In this document: piece after piece, positions 28,677 to 37,458 of the stretch
Layout: each line of letters opens with the position of its first letter
Position numbering within the stretch: the stretch's first letter is position 1
NCBI GenBank assembly: GCA_018657585.1
Contig: JABHWX010000108.1
Location: 1 to 60,093, forward strand
From: Phycisphaerae bacterium
GTDB lineage: Bacteria > Planctomycetota > Phycisphaerae > Phycisphaerales > SM1A02
Length of the DNA stretch: 60,093 nt
Direction of reading: 5' to 3'
The notes under the pieces: model-generated
Seen by the model: only the letters and a program-made list of their open reading frames with translations
Databases searched by the model: none
What the model was told of the DNA's origin: nothing
Position numbers and translations under genes: made by a program

Positions 28677-30500
28677 ATGAATTTTTACGAGCACCAAGAT
28701 CGGGCACAAAACAGAACAAAGCTCATAGTCTTTTTGTTCTTTGTGGCGGTGTTTTGTATTGTTGCGATTATAGTGGCGCCGGTTGGTTTCTTAAGCGAAT
28801 GGGATATCGGTACTGTTTTAATTGCACTTGTTGTTTGTTTGTTGATTATTGGGGGGGCGTCTCTTTGTAAGCTTATCCAGCTTAGGGGTGGTGGTAGTAC
28901 TGTTGCAGAAATGCTTGGGGGTGTTCCAATTTCGCTTCACGGAAAGAATAATAGTGAGCAAAGGGTACAAAACATAGTTGAAGAAATGGCAATCGCAAGC
29001 GGTTCGCCTGTTCCTCAACTATATATTGTTGAGGACAGTGGTATTAACGCGTTCGCAGCTGGTTGGTCTGCAGATGATGCTGTTATTGGTGTTACGCGTG
29101 GATGCATAGAAAAATTAAACCGCGATGAGTTGCAGGGTGTTATTGCTCATGAATTTAGCCATATTTCACACGGGGATACACGCATTAACATTCGTCTGAT
29201 TGGAGTTATTTTTGGAATAATGGCAATTGGAATAACCGGCTGGGTGCTGGTGCGATTTGTTGGGCCCGCTGTTCTTCGTAGTTCTTCCCGGTCAAGATCA
29301 AAGGAGGGGGCTGGTGGTGCGGCAATTGGTCTCGGGATTATTGTGGGTGGTTTGTTTTTGGCTCTCTGTGGAGCAGTAGGCACCTTTTTTGGACGGATGA
29401 TACAAGCTGCTGTTTCAAGACAAAGAGAGTTTTTGGCTGATGCCTCTGCTGTGCAGTACACCAGAAACCCAGAAGGGATTGGTGGGGCGCTCCGAAAGAT
29501 TGGTGGGTTAACACCTATGAAACGGATAACTTCAGATGTAAGCCAATGCAACCATATTTATTTTTCTCAAGCAATGCGTGCGGTATTTGCAAGCCACCCA
29601 CCAATCGAAGAGAGGATCGCTAGGGTTGAGGGGATCGATGTTTCTACTCTAGATGCGCCTGATCGTGTGTATTCTGAGGAGCAATCAGAAGTCATTTCAA
29701 GTTTCTCGTCAAGTTCTGTGGAACGGTCCGTTGCGGGCGGCGCTGGGGCGGGGGTAATACATATGGAGTGTGCAAAGAGTGTTATAAAAAAAATCAACCC
29801 GTTTGTTCGAGAGGCTATCAGCGATCCATGGAGTGCGCGGATTGTTATCTACGCCCTCCTTGCACGAAACAACGATGAATCGCTCCAGTTACTTAAACAA
29901 ATATTATCTAGCAGTGAGTTTGGTGTGTTTACAAAACTTGCTCCCATTGTTGCTTCGCAAGGACCGATTGTACGTCTTCCACTAATTGATCTTGCTGCAC
30001 CTGTTCTTAGGCGATTAAGTAAGCCGCAAAAAGATTTGTTTATAAAGGCCATTATAGATGTCTCGCAAGCAGATAAAAATATTGATTTTGTTGAGTGGAT
30101 GACAATCACCGTCTTGAAAAAACACCTGTATGGTGGTGATGTTAGCAAAACAAAAACGAGGGGGGCGGGGATTTCTTTATATGTAAAAAGTTTGTCTGTT
30201 CTTCTTGGGATGCTTGCATACAGTGGAACAAGAGATGATAAAAATAGCGCTACTGGATACACGTTAGCTATGGAGTTTTTGGGGCTCGAGTTCGAGATGC
30301 CTAGTATAAACAGCTGCACTTTAAAAAACATTCAAACTGCGATTGGGGAACTTCGATCTATGAAGTTCGTTGATAGGCAACTTTACTTAAGGGCGTGTGT
30401 GATATGTGCAAGCAGTGATGGGAAAATCACCATTGCTGAAGGAGAGGCCATTCGGGTAATTGGTGACTCTTTGGATTGTCCAATACCGTTGTTTCAATAA
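28677..30500 (+). CDS. M48 family (HtpX-like) zinc metallopeptidase with long C-terminal helical/TerB-like region
   Basis: HEFSHISHGD (HExxH) motif flanked by TM helices. The C-terminal tail SDGKITIAEGEAIRVIGDSLDCP resembles a TerB-like module (weak, judged by eye). Confidence 0.85.
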   Translation: MNFYEHQDRAQNRTKLIVFLFFVAVFCIVAIIVAPVGFLSEWDIGTVLIALVVCLLIIGGASLCKLIQLRGGGSTVAEMLGGVPISLHGKNNSEQRVQNIVEEMAIASGSPVPQLYIVEDSGINAFAAGWSADDAVIGVTRGCIEKLNRDELQGVIAHEFSHISHGDTRINIRLIGVIFGIMAIGITGWVLVRFVGPAVLRSSSRSRSKEGAGGAAIGLGIIVGGLFLALCGAVGTFFGRMIQAAVSRQREFLADASAVQYTRNPEGIGGALRKIGGLTPMKRITSDVSQCNHIYFSQAMRAVFASHPPIEERIARVEGIDVSTLDAPDRVYSEEQSEVISSFSSSSVERSVAGGAGAGVIHMECAKSVIKKINPFVREAISDPWSARIVIYALLARNNDESLQLLKQILSSSEFGVFTKLAPIVASQGPIVRLPLIDLAAPVLRRLSKPQKDLFIKAIIDVSQADKNIDFVEWMTITVLKKHLYGGDVSKTKTRGAGISLYVKSLSVLLGMLAYSGTRDDKNSATGYTLAMEFLGLEFEMPSINSCTLKNIQTAIGELRSMKFVDRQLYLRACVICASSDGKITIAEGEAIRVIGDSLDCPIPLFQ

Positions 30501-30533
30501 AAAAACACCACGCTAGCATGGTGTTTTTTTTGA
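30501..30533. terminator. Bidirectional intrinsic terminator between convergent genes
   Basis: AAAAACACCA-CGCTAGCA-TGGTGTTTTT with further T residues after it. The A-tract and T-tract symmetry allows termination on both strands. Confidence 0.7.
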
Positions 30534-30546
30534 TATAGTTTGGTAC

Positions 30547-31470
30547 TTAGTCGATGTTTCGCAACTCTAGACCGTGTTCTCTTAGTTTTTCGCTTATCTC
30601 TACAAGGCTCGTGGTACCAAAGTTTTTAATTCCCATAAGTTCTGCCTCGGTGCGAATAGCGAGTTCGCCTAGTGATTGAATGTTTAGAGCCTGCAGGGCT
30701 TTTCTTGCGCGGACTGTAAGGTTGAGCGCGGATACCGGTTGTTTTAGTATTTGCTCTGGTGCGTGATTTAGAAGTTCTTCATATCTGTCTTGGTGTACCT
30801 GGCTTACGTGCCCGCCTTCTGCGCCTTGACCAAGCCGCAATCCCCTTGCTGTAAGCATGTGTTTGATTTCTACCAAAGATGTTTCGCCGAAGTTTTTGTA
30901 ACTCAACAATTCGTTTTCAGAAACTTTAAGAAGATCTCCAAGCGTTCTGATTTCCATTTTCTTTAAACAGTTTCTTGCGCGAACAGATAGTTCGAAGTCT
31001 GTTACTGGTGTATTCATCATTGCAGCGTTCTTTGCTGCGTCGCGAGCAACTTCTTCGTCATAATACATATCAGTTGAACATTGCACATCGACTATGTACA
31101 GTTTTGCTCGTTTGTGGGTTGGGTCGGTATCAAGAATTTGTCGCAAGCATTTTTCAGCTGCGTTTAGGTTTCCCCTGTCTTCATAAATAACAGATAGGTT
31201 CAACAAAGCATTAATATGTGGTTGGTCGGCTGTTGTTATCTCTTCATAAAGCGAAACCGCCTCTTGCTCTTCGCCAACAATATCCAAATAGTATGCTAGT
31301 TTGAACTTGTGTTCTGGGTTAGTTCCACAGGCAACTGCTCGCCTAAGTTCTTCAATGACACCAATTCGAAAACCGTTGCCTTCATGCTCCATAGCGGCCT
31401 CGTGGTGTTTTTCGGCTTGCTCTGGGTTCCCGCCACCTATTACTGTTTCTAGTCCATTTTGTTGATTCAA
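30547..31470 (-). CDS. TPR-repeat protein carrying two tandem RNA polymerase alpha-subunit C-terminal-domain (alpha-CTD) modules
   Basis: Two segments closely resemble E. coli RpoA alpha-CTD ([48 protein letters not shown]). They are FELSVRARNCLKKMEIRTLGDLLKVSENELLSYKNFGETSLVEIKHML and LNLTVRARKALQALNIQSLGELAIRTEAELMGIKNFGTTSLVEISEKL. The N-terminal part is TPR-like. Confidence 0.85.
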   Translation of the reverse strand: MNQQNGLETVIGGGNPEQAEKHHEAAMEHEGNGFRIGVIEELRRAVACGTNPEHKFKLAYYLDIVGEEQEAVSLYEEITTADQPHINALLNLSVIYEDRGNLNAAEKCLRQILDTDPTHKRAKLYIVDVQCSTDMYYDEEVARDAAKNAAMMNTPVTDFELSVRARNCLKKMEIRTLGDLLKVSENELLSYKNFGETSLVEIKHMLTARGLRLGQGAEGGHVSQVHQDRYEELLNHAPEQILKQPVSALNLTVRARKALQALNIQSLGELAIRTEAELMGIKNFGTTSLVEISEKLREHGLELRNID

Positions 31471-31542
31471 AGCTTCGTCTCCATCTCTGTTTTAGAATTA
31501 CGACCTTAGATTGTACTAAACCTCGGCATTTCGTGCAAAGGT

Positions 31543-33114
31543 TTACCCGTTGGGTGGTGGTGGGTCTACAAAATCGCTGATTGCTGCGTCTGCCTCGGGT
31601 GCTGGGGGGCCAATCGTGAGTGGAGCAGCGCGACCCGCCTCAAGTTTGTTACTTCCTACGAGAAGTGTAATAGATCGCCACCCGCCTCTCTCAAATCGAA
31701 TAGCCATCGTTATTCCAATGAGAATAATGTAGGTTGCGGCTGCAATCCAGGGGCCAATCGAACCTGTTTGGGGGAAGTACTCCACGGCAATGTAACCTCC
31801 GCCAACAATAAATACCCAGCTGTAAATGGCGGTGACTACGCCTGGCCACACGGTGTCGCCCGCTCCTCTTAGGGCTCCGGTATACACAATGCCCAGAGAA
31901 TCGACCGTTTGAAAAAGTGCTACAAGAATAAGCATATTCGCGCCCAGTGACACAATTTCTGAGCGGTCCTCTGCCGTGTAGTTTGATCCACTTACGAACC
32001 ACTCCATGAGTTCCTGTCTAAATATTATAAAAATTATCGCACAAAAAGTCATATACACAAGCGCAACTCCAACACCAACCCTTGCGCGCGATGCTGCTAT
32101 GTTTGGTTGTCCGGCGCCAATAAACTTTCCGACTATTGAATTTATAGCAACGTTAATACCAACAGCGGGCATAAAACTGAGTTGTAAATATCCAAGTGCT
32201 ATCCAACCCGCAGCCATTGCGTTTGTTCCATATCTTCCGACAAACACGGTCATAAAAAGCGCCCAACAAATTATTTCGTTTCCCCATTGCACAGCACCTG
32301 GCCAACCAATTTTAAAAATTGCACACATTATTTTTTTGCTTGGTCGCCAAGGGTGTCTTGTATTAAACCTATTGTTAAACGAGGGGCTTAAAAAAATGAG
32401 AAGTGGAATGATCATTTCCATAAACATTCCGATGATTGTCGCTATCGCAGCTCCTTTTAGACCAAGTGCTGGAGTTCCTTGAATTCCCGGAATAAACCCA
32501 GGAACACCCTGCTCTCCAAAAATTAAAATGTAATTTGCAACGACGTTTACAATGTTTGCAATTATTGTTGAAACAGTAATCACTTTTGGCATATGCATCC
32601 CAAAGAAGTATTGAGAGAATCCTCTGCCAACAAGCAAAAACAGGCTTCCAAGAAGAGTATAAGTTGCGTACTCTGTTTCAAGTACTACAAGGTTTGCGTC
32701 CTCGGGCGATGGGTGTATGTAGTTGAAAATATAGGGGACTATAAAAATAAATGGGATGATAATAATTGCCCATGACAAAAGTGCTATCCACCCAGCGGCC
32801 CACGGGTATTGTGGACCTTTTTCTGGTGAGTTTGCGCCAAGGTGTTGACTCACAAATGTATTAACAACCGTAACAACGCCCATAATTGTTGCGATTACCG
32901 AAAAAGACCATGTTCCTGCGTTCCCTTGTGCAGCAATCTCAACCGATCCAACTTGACCAATCATGAGTTTGTCTGTGAACTGCATCACCGTAAAGCTTGT
33001 CATGGTGATTATTGTTGGCCAAGCCAATGACCACACCTCTTTTATGGCACAAGAAATAGATGTTTGCGTCGCGCTTCCGTGAGGTTCAAAAGCGGGCGTC
33101 TTGTTATTAGCCAT
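31543..33114 (-). CDS. MATE family efflux transporter
   Basis: About 12 TM helices with the two-fold MatE repeat pattern. 523 aa with a soluble C-terminal tail. Confidence 0.85.
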   Translation of the reverse strand: MANNKTPAFEPHGSATQTSISCAIKEVWSLAWPTIITMTSFTVMQFTDKLMIGQVGSVEIAAQGNAGTWSFSVIATIMGVVTVVNTFVSQHLGANSPEKGPQYPWAAGWIALLSWAIIIIPFIFIVPYIFNYIHPSPEDANLVVLETEYATYTLLGSLFLLVGRGFSQYFFGMHMPKVITVSTIIANIVNVVANYILIFGEQGVPGFIPGIQGTPALGLKGAAIATIIGMFMEMIIPLLIFLSPSFNNRFNTRHPWRPSKKIMCAIFKIGWPGAVQWGNEIICWALFMTVFVGRYGTNAMAAGWIALGYLQLSFMPAVGINVAINSIVGKFIGAGQPNIAASRARVGVGVALVYMTFCAIIFIIFRQELMEWFVSGSNYTAEDRSEIVSLGANMLILVALFQTVDSLGIVYTGALRGAGDTVWPGVVTAIYSWVFIVGGGYIAVEYFPQTGSIGPWIAAATYIILIGITMAIRFERGGWRSITLLVGSNKLEAGRAAPLTIGPPAPEADAAISDFVDPPPPNG

Positions 33115-33242
33115 CTTGTTGTTGAGAATCCGCTTTGTATATATTGCTGCGCATTATTTGTATTGGAACTAAACACACAAAAACACGTGCTGTGGTTCTG
33201 TTTAACATAGACCTCTCCTTGGCTAACTGCTTGGCGCGTAGA

Positions 33243-35471
33243 TTACCAGTTTCCAATAACTTGGAGGAGGTCGCTTACATTGATTGTTCCGTCTGGAATT
33301 ATGTCTTCGTTACACACCTGAGAACATGGACCCCAACCAGACACAATGGCAAGAATGTCATTCACATTCACTACACCGTCGCAATTAACATCGCCAGTTG
33401 TTGCTGAACCAGAGGTGCTTAATAGTTGAACATCGTCAATATTCCAACCCGAATATGTCCACGCACTATCTGTTTCCCCCATTGTCCAGCGGATTTCTAG
33501 TGATGAACCACCGTTTGTGATATTTGTAAGGTCGTATAAAACGGTTTGCCATTGATTGTCTTCTATTCCACTTGGGTTGGTCCACACTGTTGTCCATGAA
33601 CCACCATCTACGCTTGCGGAAATTGATGCGTGGTCGTAGCTGGGTTGCTCGACATTTAAGTATCGAGAAAACTGTAGTTGTAGGTTGTTAATGCCAGAAA
33701 TATCAATGGGTGTAGTGGTTAGGTGTGTTTGTTGAAGATTGTTAGCATAATCGCCCTGCAAGTTATAACCATATACGTTTTGGCCTGTCGCCCCATTTGT
33801 CGGGTCTGGGTTTCCATACGCACCACCACCGCCGGCTGGGACACCCCAGTCCCATTGACCTGCCGAGTTCCAGCCTGGATTTGTGTTCATGTTCCAGCCA
33901 ATCACTTCATTGGCAACCCCAGCGTAGAACAGCTCGTCTCCCGAGGGGAATCTATGTGTTTCACCATCTGTGGTTTCTGCTGTTATCCAGTATTCACTTT
34001 GTAGTCCACACATTGAAACTGGGAGTTGTACTTCGTATTCTGAACCGGCGGTGTGTGCTATTGATCTCTGTGCAAACACTCCATCGTTGCCGTAACGAAC
34101 ATGAAGTGTTGCTGTGTCTGTGTTTACACCACCACCAAAAACGGTTTCTATAGTCAGTGGGAACACACTCATTTCTCCGGGGCTCACTAAAACTGGTGCG
34201 CCGTTTGGAAAGGAGAATGCTACAGGTTCGTTTACGAAACGTAACATCGCCATCGCGCCGGCAAAACTTTCTTCGCAAGTTGGAATGATTTCACTTGGTG
34301 GCAAATCGAATCCCGGGGAGCCTGTTGGTCTTAATTCTATTGTGTATGAAATGGTACCTGTAGTTGTTGTCCAATCAGGAAATACTCCGTCAGCTAAATA
34401 CAGCAAATCGCCACCTGTTCCAAACAAATATGTTTCGCCATGAATGGATTCTATGGCGTCGCTAATATTCGCGCCAAGCGTGTTTACTAAATTTACTTGT
34501 GGGGGAGTGTTGTTTGAACTGGCCCATGGTCCAAGCACTAATTGTGAATAACTGTGAAAATCTATATGAGCTACTAGGTTGGGTAATTTGTTTACAAGAT
34601 CGCGCATCGCCTGTGTTTCTGGCTCGGAAAAAACACTGGGGCCAACATACACATCGCTACAGGTGTTTGGGCTTGTGCTGTCTCCACCATTCCACTCGTG
34701 TCCCCAGTTTCTATTAAGGTCCACGCCTTCACAAGAACCGGAATTGTTTCTCCTGTTCTTCCTCCAAAAACGGTCGCCTCCAGCAGCGTATGTAAACTCG
34801 TATCCATCTGGATTTACTATTGGAACAATAATTATTTCTGTTTTTTCCAACAGGGTTTGTATTTCTGGGTTGTTTTCCCAGCCAATAATAATTTCATTGG
34901 CTATGTACATGGGCACCATAACAGCAACCCATTCGCGTGCGTGTTGGCAACCATTCCATAAAATTTGTTTTCTGGTACTTGCGTCGCCCGGAGCGGTGAT
35001 TCGAATGCCCTGGATATTTCTACCTTCGTGTGTAGTTCCAACCGTAAACACTGTTGCAACACCTGGGTTGGTTGATTCAAAAAGCGAAAGTTTTGTATTT
35101 ACCTCGTCCCACGTTTTAAAATCACTGAACCAACCACCAACTGCGTTGTTTCTTGCTTCTTCTCGCAGAACCTCAAATTCTTCAATATATTTTTGTACAC
35201 TTGGTTCTAGAACCTCAAATTCTATAAGAAGCGAATTTGCTAGTTTGTAGTGTTTTGGGCTAAATAACATTGGCGTTGCCCCGCCATGATCAAAACAGCT
35301 TAGGGGTCGAGCACCCGCTTCTCTAAGTTGATTAAGTTGTCTTTTGTTTTCTATTTTTACATTTACAATAGACAGCCCGTCGTATGGTGATTTGGGTTCG
35401 TTTAGCCCTGGTGAAAGAATTGCTGCTAAAGTTAAAACGATGGTTTGAAACATAATCATAATGCACTCCAT
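33243..35471 (-). CDS. Secreted M14 zinc carboxypeptidase with large C-terminal region and dockerin-type module
   Basis: Zn motif WNGCQHAREW, VDLNRNW and IDFHSYSQ. The C-terminus GDVNCDGVVNVNDILAIV...DIIPDGTINVSDLLQVI is a duplicated dockerin-like Ca-binding repeat. The start could be any of three Met codons (35471, 35459 or 35453). Confidence 0.88.
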   Translation of the reverse strand: MECIMIMFQTIVLTLAAILSPGLNEPKSPYDGLSIVNVKIENKRQLNQLREAGARPLSCFDHGGATPMLFSPKHYKLANSLLIEFEVLEPSVQKYIEEFEVLREEARNNAVGGWFSDFKTWDEVNTKLSLFESTNPGVATVFTVGTTHEGRNIQGIRITAPGDASTRKQILWNGCQHAREWVAVMVPMYIANEIIIGWENNPEIQTLLEKTEIIIVPIVNPDGYEFTYAAGGDRFWRKNRRNNSGSCEGVDLNRNWGHEWNGGDSTSPNTCSDVYVGPSVFSEPETQAMRDLVNKLPNLVAHIDFHSYSQLVLGPWASSNNTPPQVNLVNTLGANISDAIESIHGETYLFGTGGDLLYLADGVFPDWTTTTGTISYTIELRPTGSPGFDLPPSEIIPTCEESFAGAMAMLRFVNEPVAFSFPNGAPVLVSPGEMSVFPLTIETVFGGGVNTDTATLHVRYGNDGVFAQRSIAHTAGSEYEVQLPVSMCGLQSEYWITAETTDGETHRFPSGDELFYAGVANEVIGWNMNTNPGWNSAGQWDWGVPAGGGGAYGNPDPTNGATGQNVYGYNLQGDYANNLQQTHLTTTPIDISGINNLQLQFSRYLNVEQPSYDHASISASVDGGSWTTVWTNPSGIEDNQWQTVLYDLTNITNGGSSLEIRWTMGETDSAWTYSGWNIDDVQLLSTSGSATTGDVNCDGVVNVNDILAIVSGWGPCSQVCNEDIIPDGTINVSDLLQVIGNW

Positions 35472-35558
35472 TATTGATTATTTGTGTCACTAATGCGAGA
35501 TTATTCTTTCTTTTTTTGGCCATTTGACAGGAAGAATGTGGGATGGGATGCTATTGGG

Positions 35559-36506
35559 ATGAAATGTTGGCTTTTTTGTGGTTTTGTGATACTTTGGGTT
35601 GTTGGGTGTGCGGTGCCGCCGGTTGGACCAACGCACGTGTCTGCTGTGGGGGTAGATGTCCGAACAGATTTAACTATTATTGAACCCACCACGGACAACC
35701 GGATTAACTGGTCTGATGTGTTATTACAAATACGGGATGCAGATGTGGTTTTGCTTGGGGAACAACACGATCATGCTGTTGGACACGCTGTTCAACTTGC
35801 GATTGTTGAAGATGTCATGGATACATATCCCGGAAGTGTTTTAGCGCTTGAAATGCTTGAACGCGATGAACAAATTCTGGTTGATGATTTTATGGAAGAT
35901 TTTATTGATGCTGAAACACTAGAAAAATTATCTTTCTCTACAAATTGGGGTGGTCGTGGTGGTTGGGTTGCTTGGTACCAACCAATTATTGAGGCTACCA
36001 AAGATCGGGGCGGGGAGGTTGTTGCTGCAAACGCACCACGTAGATATGTTCGGCTTGCTAGAACAGGTGGATACGAACGTATAGACGAACTTGCAGATAT
36101 TCGAAGGCAACATATTGATTATCCAGAAGAGTTATCTGGGGGAAGATACCGACAACGGTTTTGGGAACTTGCTGCGCATAGCGGTGCTGAGGACAAAGAA
36201 AATGTTGAAGAGGTAGATGTCACGGTCCTTGATCCAGACGACCCCATGTTGCCAGTGTTCCGAAGCCAACAGGCGTGGGATGCCACTATGGCGCAATCCA
36301 TCGTAAACGCTGAGCCCAATAAATTAAAAAAAGTTGTTCTTCTTGTTGGGCAGTTTCATGTTGAATACGACGGAGGAATTGTTCAAGAACTTCGCCAGAG
36401 AAACCCAAGCTTAAACGTGTTTGTTATTTCAATTCAGAGGGAAATACCTGATGAAGAGTGGATGGGGAAACCCGTTATAGCTGATATTATGGTTGTTGAT
36501 AATTAA
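35559..36506 (+). CDS. ChaN-family (haem-binding uptake/Tiki-like) lipoprotein
   Basis: Start at ATG 35559 gives MKCWLFCGFVILWVVGC (lipobox). ADVVLLGEQHDHAVGH and GQFHVEYDGG are typical of the ChaN family. Confidence 0.8.
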   Translation: MKCWLFCGFVILWVVGCAVPPVGPTHVSAVGVDVRTDLTIIEPTTDNRINWSDVLLQIRDADVVLLGEQHDHAVGHAVQLAIVEDVMDTYPGSVLALEMLERDEQILVDDFMEDFIDAETLEKLSFSTNWGGRGGWVAWYQPIIEATKDRGGEVVAANAPRRYVRLARTGGYERIDELADIRRQHIDYPEELSGGRYRQRFWELAAHSGAEDKENVEEVDVTVLDPDDPMLPVFRSQQAWDATMAQSIVNAEPNKLKKVVLLVGQFHVEYDGGIVQELRQRNPSLNVFVISIQREIPDEEWMGKPVIADIMVVDN

Positions 36507-36509
36507 CCC

Positions 36510-37445
36510 TTACCCAGAAGCGCATCGGGTTAACCTATCGTTAACCGCAAACCATTCGGGTGTATTGGGTGGGATTTCTATGTAAATAACCCGCGCCCCA
36601 CTATTGTCTGCTTCTCGCAAGGCGGAGTATATTTTTTGTGCATATTCTTTTGGTTGTGTGGGCATTTTTATTTGTGTTATTTTTGGGTTGCAATACAACG
36701 TAATTGCAACGCTGCTTGAATCGCTTTGTGACTCAATGTCCTCTGATAAAGATAGCAGTGTTTTTGTTGATGGTGAGTAGTGGGATTTGGATGTTCCGGG
36801 CGAGTTTGACTGGGTCATTGAAATGTCCAATACCACCTCTCCAACAACCGTTTCAATTTGGGCTTGGGTTATTGTTCCTGGTCGCAAAATAGTTGGTTTG
36901 TTAAGGAGCGACAAAACAGTAGATTCAATTCCATTTATACACGGACCACCGTCAAGAATTGTTAAATCATCGCCGAACTCAGATTCAACATGCTTCGCTG
37001 TTGTTGGTGAAACATATCCTGAACGATTCGCTGATGGTGCAGAAATTGGACCGCCAAAAATAAAAAGGAGTTCCCTTGCTACTTTATGAGCAGGACATCT
37101 AATGGCTATTGTTTCTCTTCCCCCACACGCTGAAATTGGAATGTTTTTTTCTTTTTGGACAACTATAGTGAGGGGGCCTGGCCAAAACTCATCAGCCAGT
37201 TTGGTACACCGGTTGCACCAGTTTGGGGTAAGTTTTTTTGCGGCATCTATATCGATTATGTGTGCAATCATTGGGTTGTGAGGGGGGCGACCTTTTGTTT
37301 CATACACTTTATGTATTGCTTCTTTGTTATATGTATCACACCCAAGCCCATACACCGTTTCAGTTGCGAACGCGACAAGGTCCCCGTTTTGCAACATTTT
37401 TGATGCTTTTGTAATATTTTCGTTGGACGGAAGAAGTATTGCCAT
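36510..37445 (-). CDS. sua5: L-threonylcarbamoyladenylate synthase (YrdC plus Sua5 domains)
   Basis: ATETVYGLGCD, KGRPPHNPMIAHI, PSANRSG, and a C-terminal Sua5 domain. Confidence 0.9.
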   Translation of the reverse strand: MAILLPSNENITKASKMLQNGDLVAFATETVYGLGCDTYNKEAIHKVYETKGRPPHNPMIAHIIDIDAAKKLTPNWCNRCTKLADEFWPGPLTIVVQKEKNIPISACGGRETIAIRCPAHKVARELLFIFGGPISAPSANRSGYVSPTTAKHVESEFGDDLTILDGGPCINGIESTVLSLLNKPTILRPGTITQAQIETVVGEVVLDISMTQSNSPGTSKSHYSPSTKTLLSLSEDIESQSDSSSVAITLYCNPKITQIKMPTQPKEYAQKIYSALREADNSGARVIYIEIPPNTPEWFAVNDRLTRCASG

Positions 37446-37458
37446 TGTGTTTTATTTG

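Noticed and set aside
29849-30331. 160-aa reverse ORF within the M48 peptidase C-terminal region
   Set aside because: This is an antisense shadow ORF. The + frame is continuous with the HExxH domain and is terminated by a clear intrinsic terminator.
32006-32482. 158-aa + strand ORF antisense to the MATE transporter
   Set aside because: The hydrophobic antisense frame of a membrane-protein gene typically stays open. There is no independent start context.
34579-35250. 223-aa + strand ORF antisense to the M14 carboxypeptidase
   Set aside because: The opposite frame carries clear M14 catalytic motifs. This ORF is Ser/Pro/Phe-rich nonsense typical of shadow frames.
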